From Stegostoma tigrinum (lineage: Eukaryota): a stretch of DNA of 64,000 bases. The first letter of the stretch is position 1, and the number at the start of each line of letters is the position of its first letter. A program made the translations under genes and the position numbers. The stretch lies in NCBI RefSeq assembly GCF_030684315.1, contig NC_081384.1, forward strand, positions 7,327,945 through 7,391,944. Direction: 5' to 3'. The notes under the pieces are model-generated. The model was not told the DNA's origin and ran no database searches. It was given only the letters and a program-made list of their open reading frames with translations. Positions 39,961 through 52,732 of the stretch are shown in pieces.

Positions 39961-40678
39961 ATTAAATCTATGTTATCTGGTTATTGATTACCCTGCAAAT
40001 TAGAATTGATCCTTCCTATCCATTTTATCTACATCCCTAATGTATAAGGTTAAATGCAAAAAATACATTCTTAATATGCCTACATTATTAGACATTACAG
40101 TTCTGTGGATGCAGACTCCTCATTGATAGATTATTTATTTCTCCTAAATGAAACGAAGCCAAGTGAATCAATCAACAAAAGATCAAATATCAACCAAATA
40201 TGGGTTTCTGGTTCTCCTTGGATTCTGTGTGAACAGCTGTCATCTCCAGCATTTGTTGATTTCAGTGGATTTCTGACTTGTTTACACTTGTTTTCAAAAT
40301 CTACGCATCACCAGTTCACAGAATCCCTACAATATGGAAGCTGGTCATTTGGCCCATCAAGCCCACACCTACACTCCGAAGAGCGTCCCACCTAGACCCA
40401 CCCCACTACCCATTCCCCGTAACCCTGCATTTCCCATGGCCAAATCCACCTCACCGGCACATCTTTGCACTGTGGGAGGATACCGGAGCACTCGGAGGAA
40501 ACCCACGGAGAGAATATGCAAACTCCACGCAGATAGTCACTCGACGGTTGAGGGAGCAGTGATGGCTTTCACTGCAATAGCGTTTATACTGTGCAGTCAA
40601 CTAGACCATTAATGTTGTTTACACCGTGATCGTCAGCTCCTACAACTCAATTGTTCCAAAGAGCAAACCCGAAGATAC

Positions 40679-40915
40679 CTGGTTGGTCCGTTTGAGAAGC
40701 TTTCTCATTTGATTGCTGTAGAAATTGTACTTAGTGTAAGGGTCAGCCTGGGCGTTGTACGGCGGAATAACATCACACATTTTGGGATTGACGCTGCCGT
40801 ACCCCAAAGCGTTGGAGGCGACGGCTACACCATCTAAGATGAACCCTCTTTCTTTTCTGAAGAGGTCAAACTCCAGGCAACAAACCCCAGGAGGACAGGA
40901 AGAGTTATTGTTCAT
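40679..40915 (-). CDS. SPMAP1: Sperm microtubule-associated protein 1 (C17orf98 orthologue), exon 1
   Basis: ATG in TCACCATG context; encodes ERGFILDGVAV...IPPYNAQ.D...LLKRTNQ, matching C17orf98; GTATCT donor; syntenic position between CWC25 and RPL23. Confidence 0.9.
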
Positions 40916-42819
40916 GGTGACAGCACGGTTTATGTAAAGCCTCAATCCTGTAAATCAGGCACAACTATCTCAAGCCTACTTGGTAATGTCACTTAATGTC
41001 ACAGGGCTCACTATTACGTTTCACTAAATATAAAATTTACCTGGCAAAAAAAAAATTTTTCAAACCTCACAACATCGGCGCCAATCAGATAGAAATACAA
41101 TGAATATTTATTAATAATAGCGTTAGTTTGAAGTTTCTTCACTGATTTACTTTTCCAACCAACACAGATAGATATGTCTGTAGACAATATCTGGTAACAC
41201 CTGGAATAGATAGGAGTTGGCAGGCACCGTTGTCAGTACCTCGGAACGGGCATGATTACACACGGATTTTTAGAAAAGTAATTTTTTTTCCTCATCACAG
41301 CGGCAGGCCTATGGTTACAGTATATTGTTAATCGGTAATGCTAATGTTTAAAGCATCGCCTCGTGCAAGCACCTCTTCAAGACGCACACCAACTTCAGTC
41401 GGGACATCGAGGGGCTGAATGGCATGTTCCCGATTCATATGCTGGCCTTGCCAGTTATAACCATATCCCATAAATAAACAAAGACAGTGGAACAATGAGA
41501 CATCATTAATAATGAAGAGATTACACAGTATGGAGCTGGAGGAGCAGAGCAGGCCGGGCGGCATCAGAGGAGCAGCAAAGTTGACGTTTCGGGTAGGGAC
41601 TATTAATAATGGTGAAAATACTTCATTGGCTGGAAGCACTATGAGATTTCATCATCGCCTTGCTCCCCAGTACCTGTCCACCATCTTCAAGACACAACAT
41701 TGTGCTGAAATACTCTCGACTAGCCTGGGTGGATGCAGCTCCAACAACACTCAAAGGAGCTCAATGCCATTCTGTCTAAAACAGTCCACGTGATTTCGAT
41801 CTATTCCCTCCCTTCATCACCTATGTACGTAGCAGCTATGTGTATGATCCAGAGGAGTCACTACAGCAAGGCTTCCCCAACAACACTTTCTAATCCACAA
41901 ACTCTTCCATTTATAAATTCCCTTCAAAACCATTCTTGCATTGCCATTCCCTCACCGTCACTACGATAAGATCCTTGACTACCTTACAGCACTTGCTGTC
42001 CCTCCAGCCCAAGAACTGTAGCAGTTCGGATTGTACATTTTAACCTAATGATTTGTTTGACAACCTGCAATTGGAGAAATATCCAATTTTGATACATACA
42101 CTTGTACAAGTTCAAACAGAAAGCATAGATCACACTTCAGTGAGGATAAATACAATTTGATAAGTTCACCCAGAAATATTGCTGTTGTTCTCTGCAGCAC
42201 TTTTGGATCTCAAGTTTAAATTCTGTAGGAAAAAAAATTGGTGTCAGTTTCAGAGGATGGTGAAGGAACTAACACAGTTACCAAAATAACCAAAAAGGAG
42301 CCAATTTTGCATTTAACATCTGTGCTCTCACACTGTAAAAGCAACTCACCTTGACTCAATTAACTGCCTTCTTCCAATAAAACTGGCATTGCAACCTCCT
42401 CTCTTCAGGTGCTTACCCAACATATTTTTTCCCCCACAAGGCATCAGTTGAATCTGCCACAACCACACTCTCAAGCAACATATTCCTGATTCAGTCCACT
42501 GAGACAAAAGGTTTCTCTCATGTAGCCATTACTGAATTTGAGAATCAACCTCTGGATCTCAATTCTTTTGCCAACAGGAAATTGCTCTCTATTAACATCC
42601 AAACTCCTCAAATTCTGAAAGGCTCCATCAAAATGCCTTCAATTCTCCAACCTCTACCTGTAACCGAATCTTTTCACATCCAGGACCATTCTCTGAACCT
42701 TTTCAACACCCCAAATGCATCACATCTTTTCTGAAAGATGGTGCCCAATATTGCACACTACATTCCAGTTAAGACCAAACTACTTTTATTCACCCGACTT
42801 CTTTTGTACGCTGCTCTTC

Positions 42820-44770
42820 TTTTTCAATTCATTTGTGTGATGTGGACATCATTGGCTGGGCCAGCATTTCTTGCCCATCCCTAGTTGCCCTTGGGAAAGT
42901 GGTAGAGAGCTGCCTTCTTGAACCGCTACAGTCCACCTGCTGAAGGTTGACCCGCAATGCCATTAGAGAGGGAATTGCAGGATATTGACCCAGCGATAGT
43001 GAAGTAACGGTGACACACTTCCAAGTCGGGATGCTGAATGGCTTGGAGGTGGTGGTGTTCCCATATATCTGATGCCCTTGTCCTTCTAGATGGAAGTGGT
43101 CGCAATTTTGGAAGGTGCTGTCTAAGAATCTTTGGTGAATTTCTGCAGTGCATCTTCTAAATAATACACACTGCTGCTACTGAGCAGAAGTGACGGAGGG
43201 AGTGAATGCTTGTAGATGAAGTGCCAATCAAGCACGCTGCATTGCCCTAGAAGGTGTCAATCTTCTTCAGTATTGTCGGGGCTGCACTCATCTTGGCAAG
43301 TGGGGAATATTCTATCACACTCCTAACCTGTGCCTCATAGAAGGTGGATAGGCTTGGAAGAGTCAGGAGGTGAGTTACCCGCTGCAGCATTCCTAGGTCT
43401 TGTATCCAGTGAGTCCACTTGAGTTTCTAGTCAATGATAAACTCTGGGGCATTGATAATGGGGGGATTCAGTGATGGTAACACTGTTGAATGTCAAAAGA
43501 GTGGTGGCGAGATGGTGTCTTCTTGGAGATGGTCAGAGCCTGGCATGAGTGGCACAAATGTCACTTGCCAGCCCAAGCCTGGATATCAAGCAAATCTTGT
43601 TGCATTTGAACAAGGATTGCTTCAGTATGAGGAGTCACGAATAATGTTGAACATTGGACAAGTATTGGTGATCTTGTCTACTTCTGATCTTATGATGGAC
43701 AGAAAGTCATTGATGAAGCAGCTGAAGATGTTTGGGCTGAGGACACTACCCTAAGGAATGCCTGCAGAGATGGCTTTGAGCTAAGATGATCGACCTCCGA
43801 CAACCATGATTATATTCCTATGTGTCAGGTATGACTCCAACCACCAGTGGGTTTGCCCCCGATTCCCATTGATTCTATTTTTGCTAGGGATCCTTGATGC
43901 TACACTCTGTCCAATACAGCTTTGATATCAAGGGCTGTCACTCTGACCTCACCTTTGAAATTCAGCTCTTTTGTTCATATTGAGGTTAGGAGCAGAGTAC
44001 TCTGGCAGGACCCCAACTGGGCACCAGAGCAGGTGCTGCTCGATAGTACTGTTGATAACACCACCTAGCACTTTGCTGATGACTAAGAGCAGATTGATGC
44101 GGTGATAATTGTCCAGGTTGGTTGGACCCTACTTTTTGTGTACAAGACATCCTTGAGTAATTTTCCCACATTTCCAGGTAGAAACCAGTGTTGTAACTGC
44201 TGGAACAGCTTGGCTAGGGGAGTAGCAAATTCCAGAGGACAAGTCTTCAATACTATTTCTGTAAAGTTGTCTGGGCCTGTAGCCTTTTCAGTATCCAGTA
44301 TCTCCCAACTGTTGCTTGATAACACATGGAGGTAATCGAATTGGCTGCAGACTGCTACCTGTAATGCTGAGGACCACTGGAGGAGGCCAAGATGGATCAG
44401 CCACTCAGCACTTCTGGCTGAAGATTGCTGCAAATGCTCCAACCTTATCTTTCGTACTGATGTGTTGGATCCTTCCATCATTGAGGGTGGGGATTTGTAG
44501 AGCCACCTCCTCTAATGGGAACTGCAGATGCTGGAGAATCCGAGACAACAAAATGTGTCGCTGGATTAACACAGCAGGCCAAACAGCATCTTAGGAGCAC
44601 AAAAGCTGACGTTTCAGGCCTAGACCCTTCATCAGAAAATGTCCATCAGCATTCATGGCTGCATGTGTCAGACTGCAGAGCTTAGATCTAATCTATTGGT
44701 TGTAGGATCACTTAGCTCTGTCTATCACTTGCTACTTTCGCTGGTTGGCATACAAGTAGTCCTGTTTGCT
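42820..44770 (-). mobile_element. Non-LTR LINE (L2/CR1 group, distinct from the other CR1 copies) with Neptune-like insert at about 44512-44637
   Basis: ORF 44083..44481 LDTEKATGPDN..IVLKTC..E.A.PLAKLFQ; GSVLSP..FSCFINDF remnant; a related piece lies at about 56530-56960. Confidence 0.8.
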
Positions 44771-46409
44771 CCTATTCATCTTTATAGATTTACATCAATC
44801 TTGCAACTCTTAAAATATCCTGTTTCCTTCTTTGGCAACATTTTTGACACTGAAGTTGAGGAAACATCACTAGACCTGAAACGTTAACTCTGTTTTCTCT
44901 TCCACAGATGCTGCCAGACCTGCTGAGATTTTCCACCAACATTAGATTTGTTACCGATTTACAGCATCCACAGTTCCTTTGGTTTTTATCCAATATACAC
45001 TGACTTGCTCAGCTGCATTGTCTACATTCTTCAAAAAGGTTACAACGCAACTACATGGAAAAGCATTATTATACTTCATCTCTGGTTCAATGCTTTACTC
45101 AAGATCTAGTAACATCTATTCAAAGACACTAAACTCACTATGAAAAGATACATGAGATAGCACATCTTTTAACTGAAGGAGAACTATTTAAATACTCAAT
45201 TTTGCACATTCGACAATGGGCTTGCAGCTAGTGGAATTTCCCCATCTAAATAAAAGGCTTCCATTGAGACACCTATTATCTCAAACTTTGAAAGCCTAAT
45301 TTGACCAAAGACAAATGATATTGGCACATCATTCAACTGTGAAGAACAAAATCTGACCCTGCCCTTACTCCCTTTTGCACAAGTACACTTTCCAACAAAA
45401 ATTGCTGATCAGGAACCTACATCATGTTTTCTCTCCATGGACCTCAGAGGTGAACTGTCAACTGAATTGCAACGGCTTGTATTGAAATTTCAATAAGCCT
45501 CTGAATTCCAAACAATGATCCACGTAACCACCCTCTTCAAAAATAATCTACTTTAGCTTTTCTCATCAAGGCGCTGCAACATCCGAGGATTCAATTTGTC
45601 AGTGCTAAGACGAGCAATCCTAACAAAAGGCCAAGAGCAAAGGTGAAGGGACACATAAATTTCAGTCCAAGTTCTCCTGTTTGAAGATCAGAGAAGATTT
45701 GCAAACATTTTCAGAATCACTACATGTCCCAAAGTGCTTCAGTCAATTTGTACACCAATACATATGTTGCATCAACTTGGAGAGAAAACCAGAATTAACA
45801 TTACGAGTCTGATAGGTCTGTTTCCACACTGTAGGTATTCTATGATCACTCCTTTAGAACTGATTTCTGTTGTGCTCATGTCATTCCAGACTCAAAAATG
45901 TAAAACTTTCTCTCTCCACAGATGCTGACAAGTTTTTCCAGCATTTGTGCCAACTGCAGATTTACAGCATCTGCAGTATTTGATTTTATAAATTTTGTAT
46001 AAACCTAACTTATGTGACGAATTTGGAGGTGGGTGGGGGCAGTGTAAACAATTTTCATTTGTCCTAAGTTAGACTGTCAATCCAGCCTCAAAATTTGCAT
46101 TTTAACCATCTCCAAACATTCATTCAGGAAATAACATTTTAAATCAACAGATAGATTACAAGTTAACAGCTTGCTTAGCTAAGTCACCTTTTCGGGAGAT
46201 AAAGACAGTGGAATTTCCCAATTACGTAATCTGCAGAAGAGAGACAGTTGATATCAAAATGTAAGACTTGAGTGAAGATTATCAAATAGAGGTTATTTTA
46301 TTTACAAACAGCAAGTGCAAACCACATCTGATTACAGAACGTGCTACAGATAAATTAGAGAACAATTAAAAATAAACTCAATGACTTCTCAAATCTCGGA
46401 GTAAAAATA

Positions 46410-46415
46410 TTTATT
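46410..46415 (-). terminator. RPL23 polyadenylation signal AATAAA
   Basis: TTTATT on plus strand 40 nt after the stop; short 3' UTR typical of ribosomal protein mRNAs. Confidence 0.85.
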
Positions 46416-46454
46416 GAATTGTACAGGTGTTGTTATAGAAAGTGTTTATAATTC

Positions 46455-46556
<102 letters not shown>

Positions 46557-46809
46557 TTATTAGCAAGTCACAAGTTGACCAGGAGACAAATTGCTTAAAA
46601 TATGACAAATGCAACATAGAAACAGATATCTAACTATTGATTAAAGTTAGAGGGAATAATCATTTCTCTTCTATCTGTAAAAGATCAGTGTTAAAATTGC
46701 AACTGTATCAGATGACAGGTAAAATAACAGGCAGCTCTTCCACAGTTCAAGGGGGACCAATCTACATCAAAGACAGGGATGCAGGTCCAATCTACTTCAG
46801 GGTAGTGTT

Positions 46810-47450
46810 AATTACTTGGATGAGGAAAGTGAATGAACTGTCGCCAAGTTTGCAGACGACCAATAGGTGGGAAGGCAAGTGGTGAAGATGATAACTTGTA
46901 ACGGTAAGCAGGGTAAAAACTTGGCAGATGGTATAGAACATAGGGAAATGTGAGGTTACGCACTTTGGCAGGAGGGTAGAGCTGAATATTATTTAAATGC
47001 ATAAAAACACAAAGTTACAGAACAGGGGGACTTGGGAGTCCCTGTGCAAATATCAAAAAGGGAATGGAGTATGAAAGAAAGGATTCTCTGCTAAAACTAT
47101 ATGAAGGAAAGATATGCTGAGATTGGAGATTATCCACCCCAAGGTTCACGAGGTTGATACCAGGCGCGGAGGGACTATCTTTTAAGGAGAGGTTGACTCG
47201 GTCCATACCCATGGAGTTCAGAAAAATAACGAGTAACCTTATTGAAATACACAATTTTTTTCAATTCTTTGCTGCAGGGAGCTGACTCCGGGTCATTCAG
47301 CATATTCAACGGTAAGGCAGGTTTTCCATCAGCGGATTAACAGTCATAGGGAAAAGGCAGGAAAGTGGATTTGAGGATCATCAGATTGGCTGTAATCTCA
47401 TTGAATGGCAGAGTAGGCTCAACGGGCTGACTCCGACGTATCCTGGTTTT
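46810..47450 (+). mobile_element. CR1 LINE fragment in RPL23 intron 4 (antisense to the gene)
   Basis: AKFADD, KCEV.HFG, RFTRLIPG..GLS remnants. Confidence 0.75.
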
Positions 47451-47851
47451 AAGGAAACCAATCTGTTTTACTGGCGTTATTCTTAGCTGCTGGCCAGACA
47501 TTTAGCCAACTCAGTGCAGCACTGGATGGTTTCAGGATTTTGGAAAAAAATTATTAACAATTAGAATTCAATGAGTGAAACAATTTAAGGGACAGCAGCA
47601 TTTATAAATGTCAGGTTCTTTAATTCATATTGAAACAGACCCCCAGCAGCTGATTAAAATTGGGTGAAAAAACCCCAGGAAATTCAAGACTGACTACTTC
47701 CAGTCAGTAGAGGCACAAGATGGATAAGCATTCCAAATCCAGTTGCAAAACGAACTCACTTGCTTCTCACAACCGGAATAAGCCTTCAGCTCATTGCTGA
47801 GATACAATGGGAGAAAAAAAGTGACTGAATCAAGTTTCAGGATTTGCAATG

Positions 47852-47988
47852 GAGTGTCACACCACTACTTGAGATTGTACAGCACATAGCAGCTGCCACC
47901 TCACCCAAAAGCAATGCGTTGCTCTGCCCTTCCGCGACAACTTGATAAGCCATGGAGAAGAGGCAAAGCAAGTGCTTTTAGGAAGGGA
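47852..47988 (-). ncRNA. SNORA21: H/ACA snoRNA, SNORA21 family, copy in RPL23 intron 4
   Basis: Two-hairpin layout; CCCTTCC-TAAAAGCACT...TGTCGC-GGAAGGG; H box AGAGCA (47920-47925); CATTGCTTTTGGGTGA; ACA 3 nt from the end; SNORA21 is the known RPL23-hosted snoRNA. Confidence 0.9.
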
Positions 47989-48003
47989 ACTGTGCAGCGT
48001 TCA

Positions 48004-48315
<312 letters not shown>

Positions 48316-48448
48316 TTATTCCATTGTAGAGCTATGGAACAGAAAGTCATCTTTGTAGTTGAACAACAAACACACAGCAAACTGCACTGAAGTCAGCCTT
48401 GTGAAGCCATTTAAATCACGGCCCCATCTCTTCAAGAATCAGACTGCA

Positions 48449-48583
48449 AACTGTTTCACTGCGGATTGAGATTCTACAACAATGCAGCTGCAATCTCACC
48501 CAAAAGCAATGAATTACTATTCCCATCCCTGACAACTCACTGAGTCACACAGTACAGACAAAGTGCATGCTTTTAGGAGGGTG
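48449..48583 (-). ncRNA. SNORA21: H/ACA snoRNA, SNORA21 family, copy in RPL23 intron 3
   Basis: Paralogue of 47852-47988: TAAAAGCA...TGTC, H box ATAGTA (48515-48520), CATTGCTTTTGGGTGAGATT...AATCTCAATCC, terminal ACA+3. Confidence 0.9.
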
Positions 48584-49107
48584 AACCAGTCAGTAAAATA
48601 CAATCATGATGAAAATCCAAGGTGCAGACTATTCAGCTTTGAAAGGGAACAAGTTATAGATGGCATGACATGTATGTGATTGCCTGAAATAGAAAATATT
48701 AACCCAAGCACCAAATCTGAGGTATAGACAGTCCATAAGTATTACACACATACAAGCACAAAAAAGTGTTCAGACTTCAAATGGCGACACGTTCTTTATT
48801 CTTTGAGTTATTATGTATTATCTTAGTATGCACAAAACAGATTTCACAACTTTGCTTTTGGACTATGAAGTTCAGAAATTGTGAGCAAGTGGCAATATTT
48901 CACACTAAGCATAAACAAGCAATCTTCTGCACCACTCAACAAAGAGAGACAAATATAAACAGTAACAAAACATTACTATGTACACTGTGGATGCCAATGA
49001 GAATATTACACTCAGAGGCACAATATAAAACACATGGAGTCAGTCACTGACAGACCCAAGTAAACCAGGCAATCACATTTAAGCATTATCCAATAATTCC
49101 ATTACGT

Positions 49108-49340
49108 TTCGTCACCATACTAGGTAACATCATCAGTGAGCCTCCAACGAAGAGCTGGTGTTATGTCCCGCTTTCTATTTTCTAAATAGAAAGCGGGACA
49201 TAACACCAGCGCTTCGTCAGAGGCTCACTGATGATGTTACCTAGTATGGTGATGAAACATCTGAAAACGAACCTTCCAGCTCAGTGAGCAAACTCACATC
49301 CAGAACCTCAACCTGAGCTACAAATCTTCTCAAAACTCGC
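49108..49340 (+). mobile_element. Fold-back Penelope-like terminal element in RPL23 intron 3 with hammerhead motifs
   Basis: 75-bp inverted repeat (49106-49180 / 49184-49258); 14-bp TSD TAATTCCATTACGT at 49094-49107 and 49341-49354. Confidence 0.85.
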
Positions 49341-50097
49341 TAATTCCATTACGTACTATCCTCCATTCATTTGAGTTCTAGTAGAAAACTGTTGAGAGCA
49401 AAAAGTAAAAACACATCTGAAGTGCATGCACTGACTTCCCAAATGACCCCAATGCATCCTGAGTGAAGCAATTCAAATGTTAATTCACAGACAGGTTACT
49501 AGTTTTGCTACAGGTTAGTTACAGGTTGTCATTCTAAATGCAGGTGATGCCCACGCTACATTTATAAACTGAATCTAAGGAAAGCAGAATCAGCTTTGAG
49601 TTACTTGAATATCAAGGTTCTCAACACAACCTCAACCAGTTATAAACACCCACATCATCCACTTATTTCCAATGATACTTGAGAATAACCCCACAGTATG
49701 TGACATTGCTACTTGGTCTTGCAATCCAACACACCCCATTCTCTCCTTGGTGTCAACTGCATCTCTTGTCCACATTCAAGAATCAACTAAGGAAAAGCCT
49801 GTCTCCCTGCTACTCTACACCAACTTTATTTAATGAACTGAAGACATGCACAAGATGGAAAAAGGAGATATCCAAATGAACATATGAGTAAAATAGACAT
49901 CTAGGATTCCTCAGTGTATATAAAGCCCTGGAGATTAAAACATGATTTGATAAAAACAACATTACACCCATAGTGCTGTACTTGAGAATTCCCACTGCTG
50001 ACAATGGATTGGACAATTTATACTGATTCAAAGCCACACTTACAGGCTGCAAGATCTTCCACTTCACCATTCCGATTCACTAATTTCAAGGAGCTTA

Positions 50098-50331
<234 letters not shown>

Positions 50332-51131
50332 TCAAAGCACGTCTTGACAATATGCAAGAATAAATGCACACAATCTCACACAAAGATCATTTTAAAATAA
50401 GGCCCCAAATCCCTCTATGCTAAAATATTGAATGCCCAGTAGTAATATAGCTGGACACAATCCTAGAAAAACTACTTAATTTCACCAGAACAGACCTTCC
50501 TACCTTTAGGCAGGAGGGCATGAGTCAGTCCTGCCATTCAATATTCTTGTATTCAATCTACCAACTATACTACCTCTATTTCTTAGGAACCAGAAATCTG
50601 TCAAGAGCAACCTTCAACACATTCATAAGCATCATCCACAGTTCACCGGGATTTTCAAGAACTACAACTCTATGTGAGGGCATTTCTTCTAAATCCAAAA
50701 TAATCAACCTCTCACTTTGAACTGACACACCTATATATAGACTCCTCAAAGCAAAGCAAACAACTATTTAACACTCACTCTCTCAAGCCTTAAGGATTTT
50801 ATACATTTTAGCAGTCTTGCTTATAACATAAAAGCCAGAACAGGTCATTTGGCCCTTTGAGCCTGCTCCACTATTCAACAAAATCATAGCTGATCTGATT
50901 TTAAACTTGACACTACATTCTAATAATCGCTCGTCCCCTTTCATCAAAAATCCCATGAATATGCCTTGGCCCCTTAATATTTCCCAAAGGAAACTCCCCA
51001 CATGCCAGAAATCTGACTAGCAAACTTTTCCTGCATTTCCTTCAAAGGTAATATCCTTTCAGAGACAAAAAGGCCAAATGTAGAATTATTCTGTCTTACC
51101 ATATAGGACTCAGAGACAAAAACATTCTTAC

Positions 51132-51215
51132 CTGTATTATCAGCGCAGTTAATCACAGCCCCCACGGGGAGACCGAGGGAGATGCGAAACTTCGCTCCGG
51201 ACGAACCACCACGTC
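51132..51215 (-). CDS. RPL23: RPL23 exon 2 ([28 protein letters not shown])
   Basis: 84 nt, matches the vertebrate uL14 sequence; AG/GTAAG. Confidence 0.98.
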
Positions 51216-51929
51216 CTGCAACCAAGGAAAATAAAAGATATTTCAGCAGTATGCAACTAATCAAAAGCAACATGGAATTATATTTAGCCAGGACTTGTAA
51301 CTGCTGGTCACTTCCCACAGGCCGTTCTATGATCTTTACATAGGGTAATGCAGATGTGTAACTGAATTCCCAAACAAAGTAATTAAGTTTTCCAACATCT
51401 TCATTAAAGAAAGAGGGCTAGTTTAATGTCAGAAGCTTAGCCAACCTTGTATAATTAGAGGCAGACCTTGTAAACTTGAAATATTAACAGGCAGGTGCAG
51501 GACAATTCAGATCTTGTCTATTACTAATTATTTCCAGAATTCTGTGTTTCTGGGGTAATAATTGATACTGCCATCTAAGCAGAACTTCACAATAAGAAAA
51601 GGTGGGATGTGGAGCATGCAAACTAATCATTTTTAACACCCATGTGTTCCGTTGCTTTGCCTAAACGTCTCCACACAGCAGGCTGAAGTTACAGCATTAA
51701 GACGTCTCCCTTCAAGTGAAAGCCCCAAACAACAGCTTTCTGATAGGGCCTCGCTGCTGAAGTCAACGACATGGAGCGGCCGCCTACGCCTAGAAGGCAG
51801 CCTACTCCCGGCTTCACCCAGATAACCGATGTACACCCTTTCCACGGTATTGCAGCGAATGTTAAACCAGTTTCTCGGTAGGGACCGAACTTTGCAAGTC
51901 TCTCGGCCCCCACGAGCCGGGTTGGATCC

Positions 51930-51940
51930 AACATGGCGGC
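51930..51940 (+). promoter_or_regulatory. YY1-type site AACATGGCGGC in RPL23 intron 1
   Basis: Matches AANATGGCG; downstream YY1 sites are typical of vertebrate ribosomal protein genes; lies within the CpG-rich first intron. Confidence 0.6.
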
Positions 51941-52123
51941 CGCCACGGACACCAGAACAATAAGAGGCTTATTATGTGATAAAGTCCGCTGATTTTTACT
52001 AACAGTCACACCAAGCGATAGCTAAGACAATTGTAATAATGATCCAAATACAAAAACAGGAGTGCCGGCGATATGTAACACGGATGGCAGTGGATTCCAT
52101 TGAGGGTCCCCCCAACCGCTTAC

Positions 52124-52136
52124 CTCTCTTAGACAT
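52124..52136 (-). CDS. RPL23: 60S ribosomal protein L23 (uL14), exon 1 (MSKR)
   Basis: ATGTCTAAGAGAG then GTAAGC; short 5' UTR beginning with a pyrimidine tract. Confidence 0.96.
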
Positions 52137-52144
52137 TGTAATTC

Positions 52145-52280
52145 AGGGAAAGAGACCTAGCACCTTGAATCATGGGATATATCGCCAACACACGCAACAT
52201 GACGTAACGACGCACATTACGCGTGAACAGACACCACGTGACAGCATGTCATGTGACAAAACATGCACAATGCGGAAATA
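52145..52280 (-). promoter_or_regulatory. RPL23 core promoter: TCT/5'TOP pyrimidine tract, AT-rich element near -25, CRE-like, E-box and ETS-like motifs
   Basis: TCTCTTTCCCT at 52155-52145 just upstream of the ATG; GATATAT near 52177-52183; TGACGTAA near 52200; CACGTG 52235-52240; CGGAA near 52273. Confidence 0.75.
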
Positions 52281-52327
52281 TTCATATGCAGAAGATTGAC
52301 AGCATGCGAGGAGGTTATTTACCCTTG

Positions 52328-52732
52328 AGAATAAAATGTGAGGCTGGATGAACACAGCAGGCCAAGCAGCATCTCAGGAGCACAAAAGCTGACGTTTCGG
52401 GCCTAGACCCTTCATCAGAGAGGGGGATGGGGGGAGGGAACTGGAATAAATAGGGAGAGAGGGGGAGGCGGACCGAAGATGGAGAGTAAAGAAGATAGGT
52501 GGAGAGAGTGTAGGTGGGGAGGTAGGGAGGGGATAGGTCAGTCCAGGGAAGACGGACAGGTCAAGGAGGTGGGATGAGGTTAGTAGGTAGCTGGGGGTGC
52601 GGCTTGGGGTGGGAGGAAGGGATGGGTGAGAGGAAGAACCGGTTAGGGAGGCAGAGACAGGTTGGACTGGTTTTGGGATGCAGTGGGTGGGGGGGAAGAG
52701 CTGGGCTGGTTGTGTGGTGCAGTGGGGGGAGT
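52328..52732 (-). mobile_element. Neptune-like 3' fragment directly upstream of the RPL23 promoter
   Basis: Close similarity to 9640-10010; intact hammerhead core at 52391-52418. Confidence 0.85.

Noticed and set aside
49106-49258. Long hairpin as a pre-miRNA or DNA-transposon MITE
   Set aside because: Arms match the 3' end of a GIY-YIG retroelement, the element is asymmetric and has a 14-bp TSD; better explained as a Penelope fold-back
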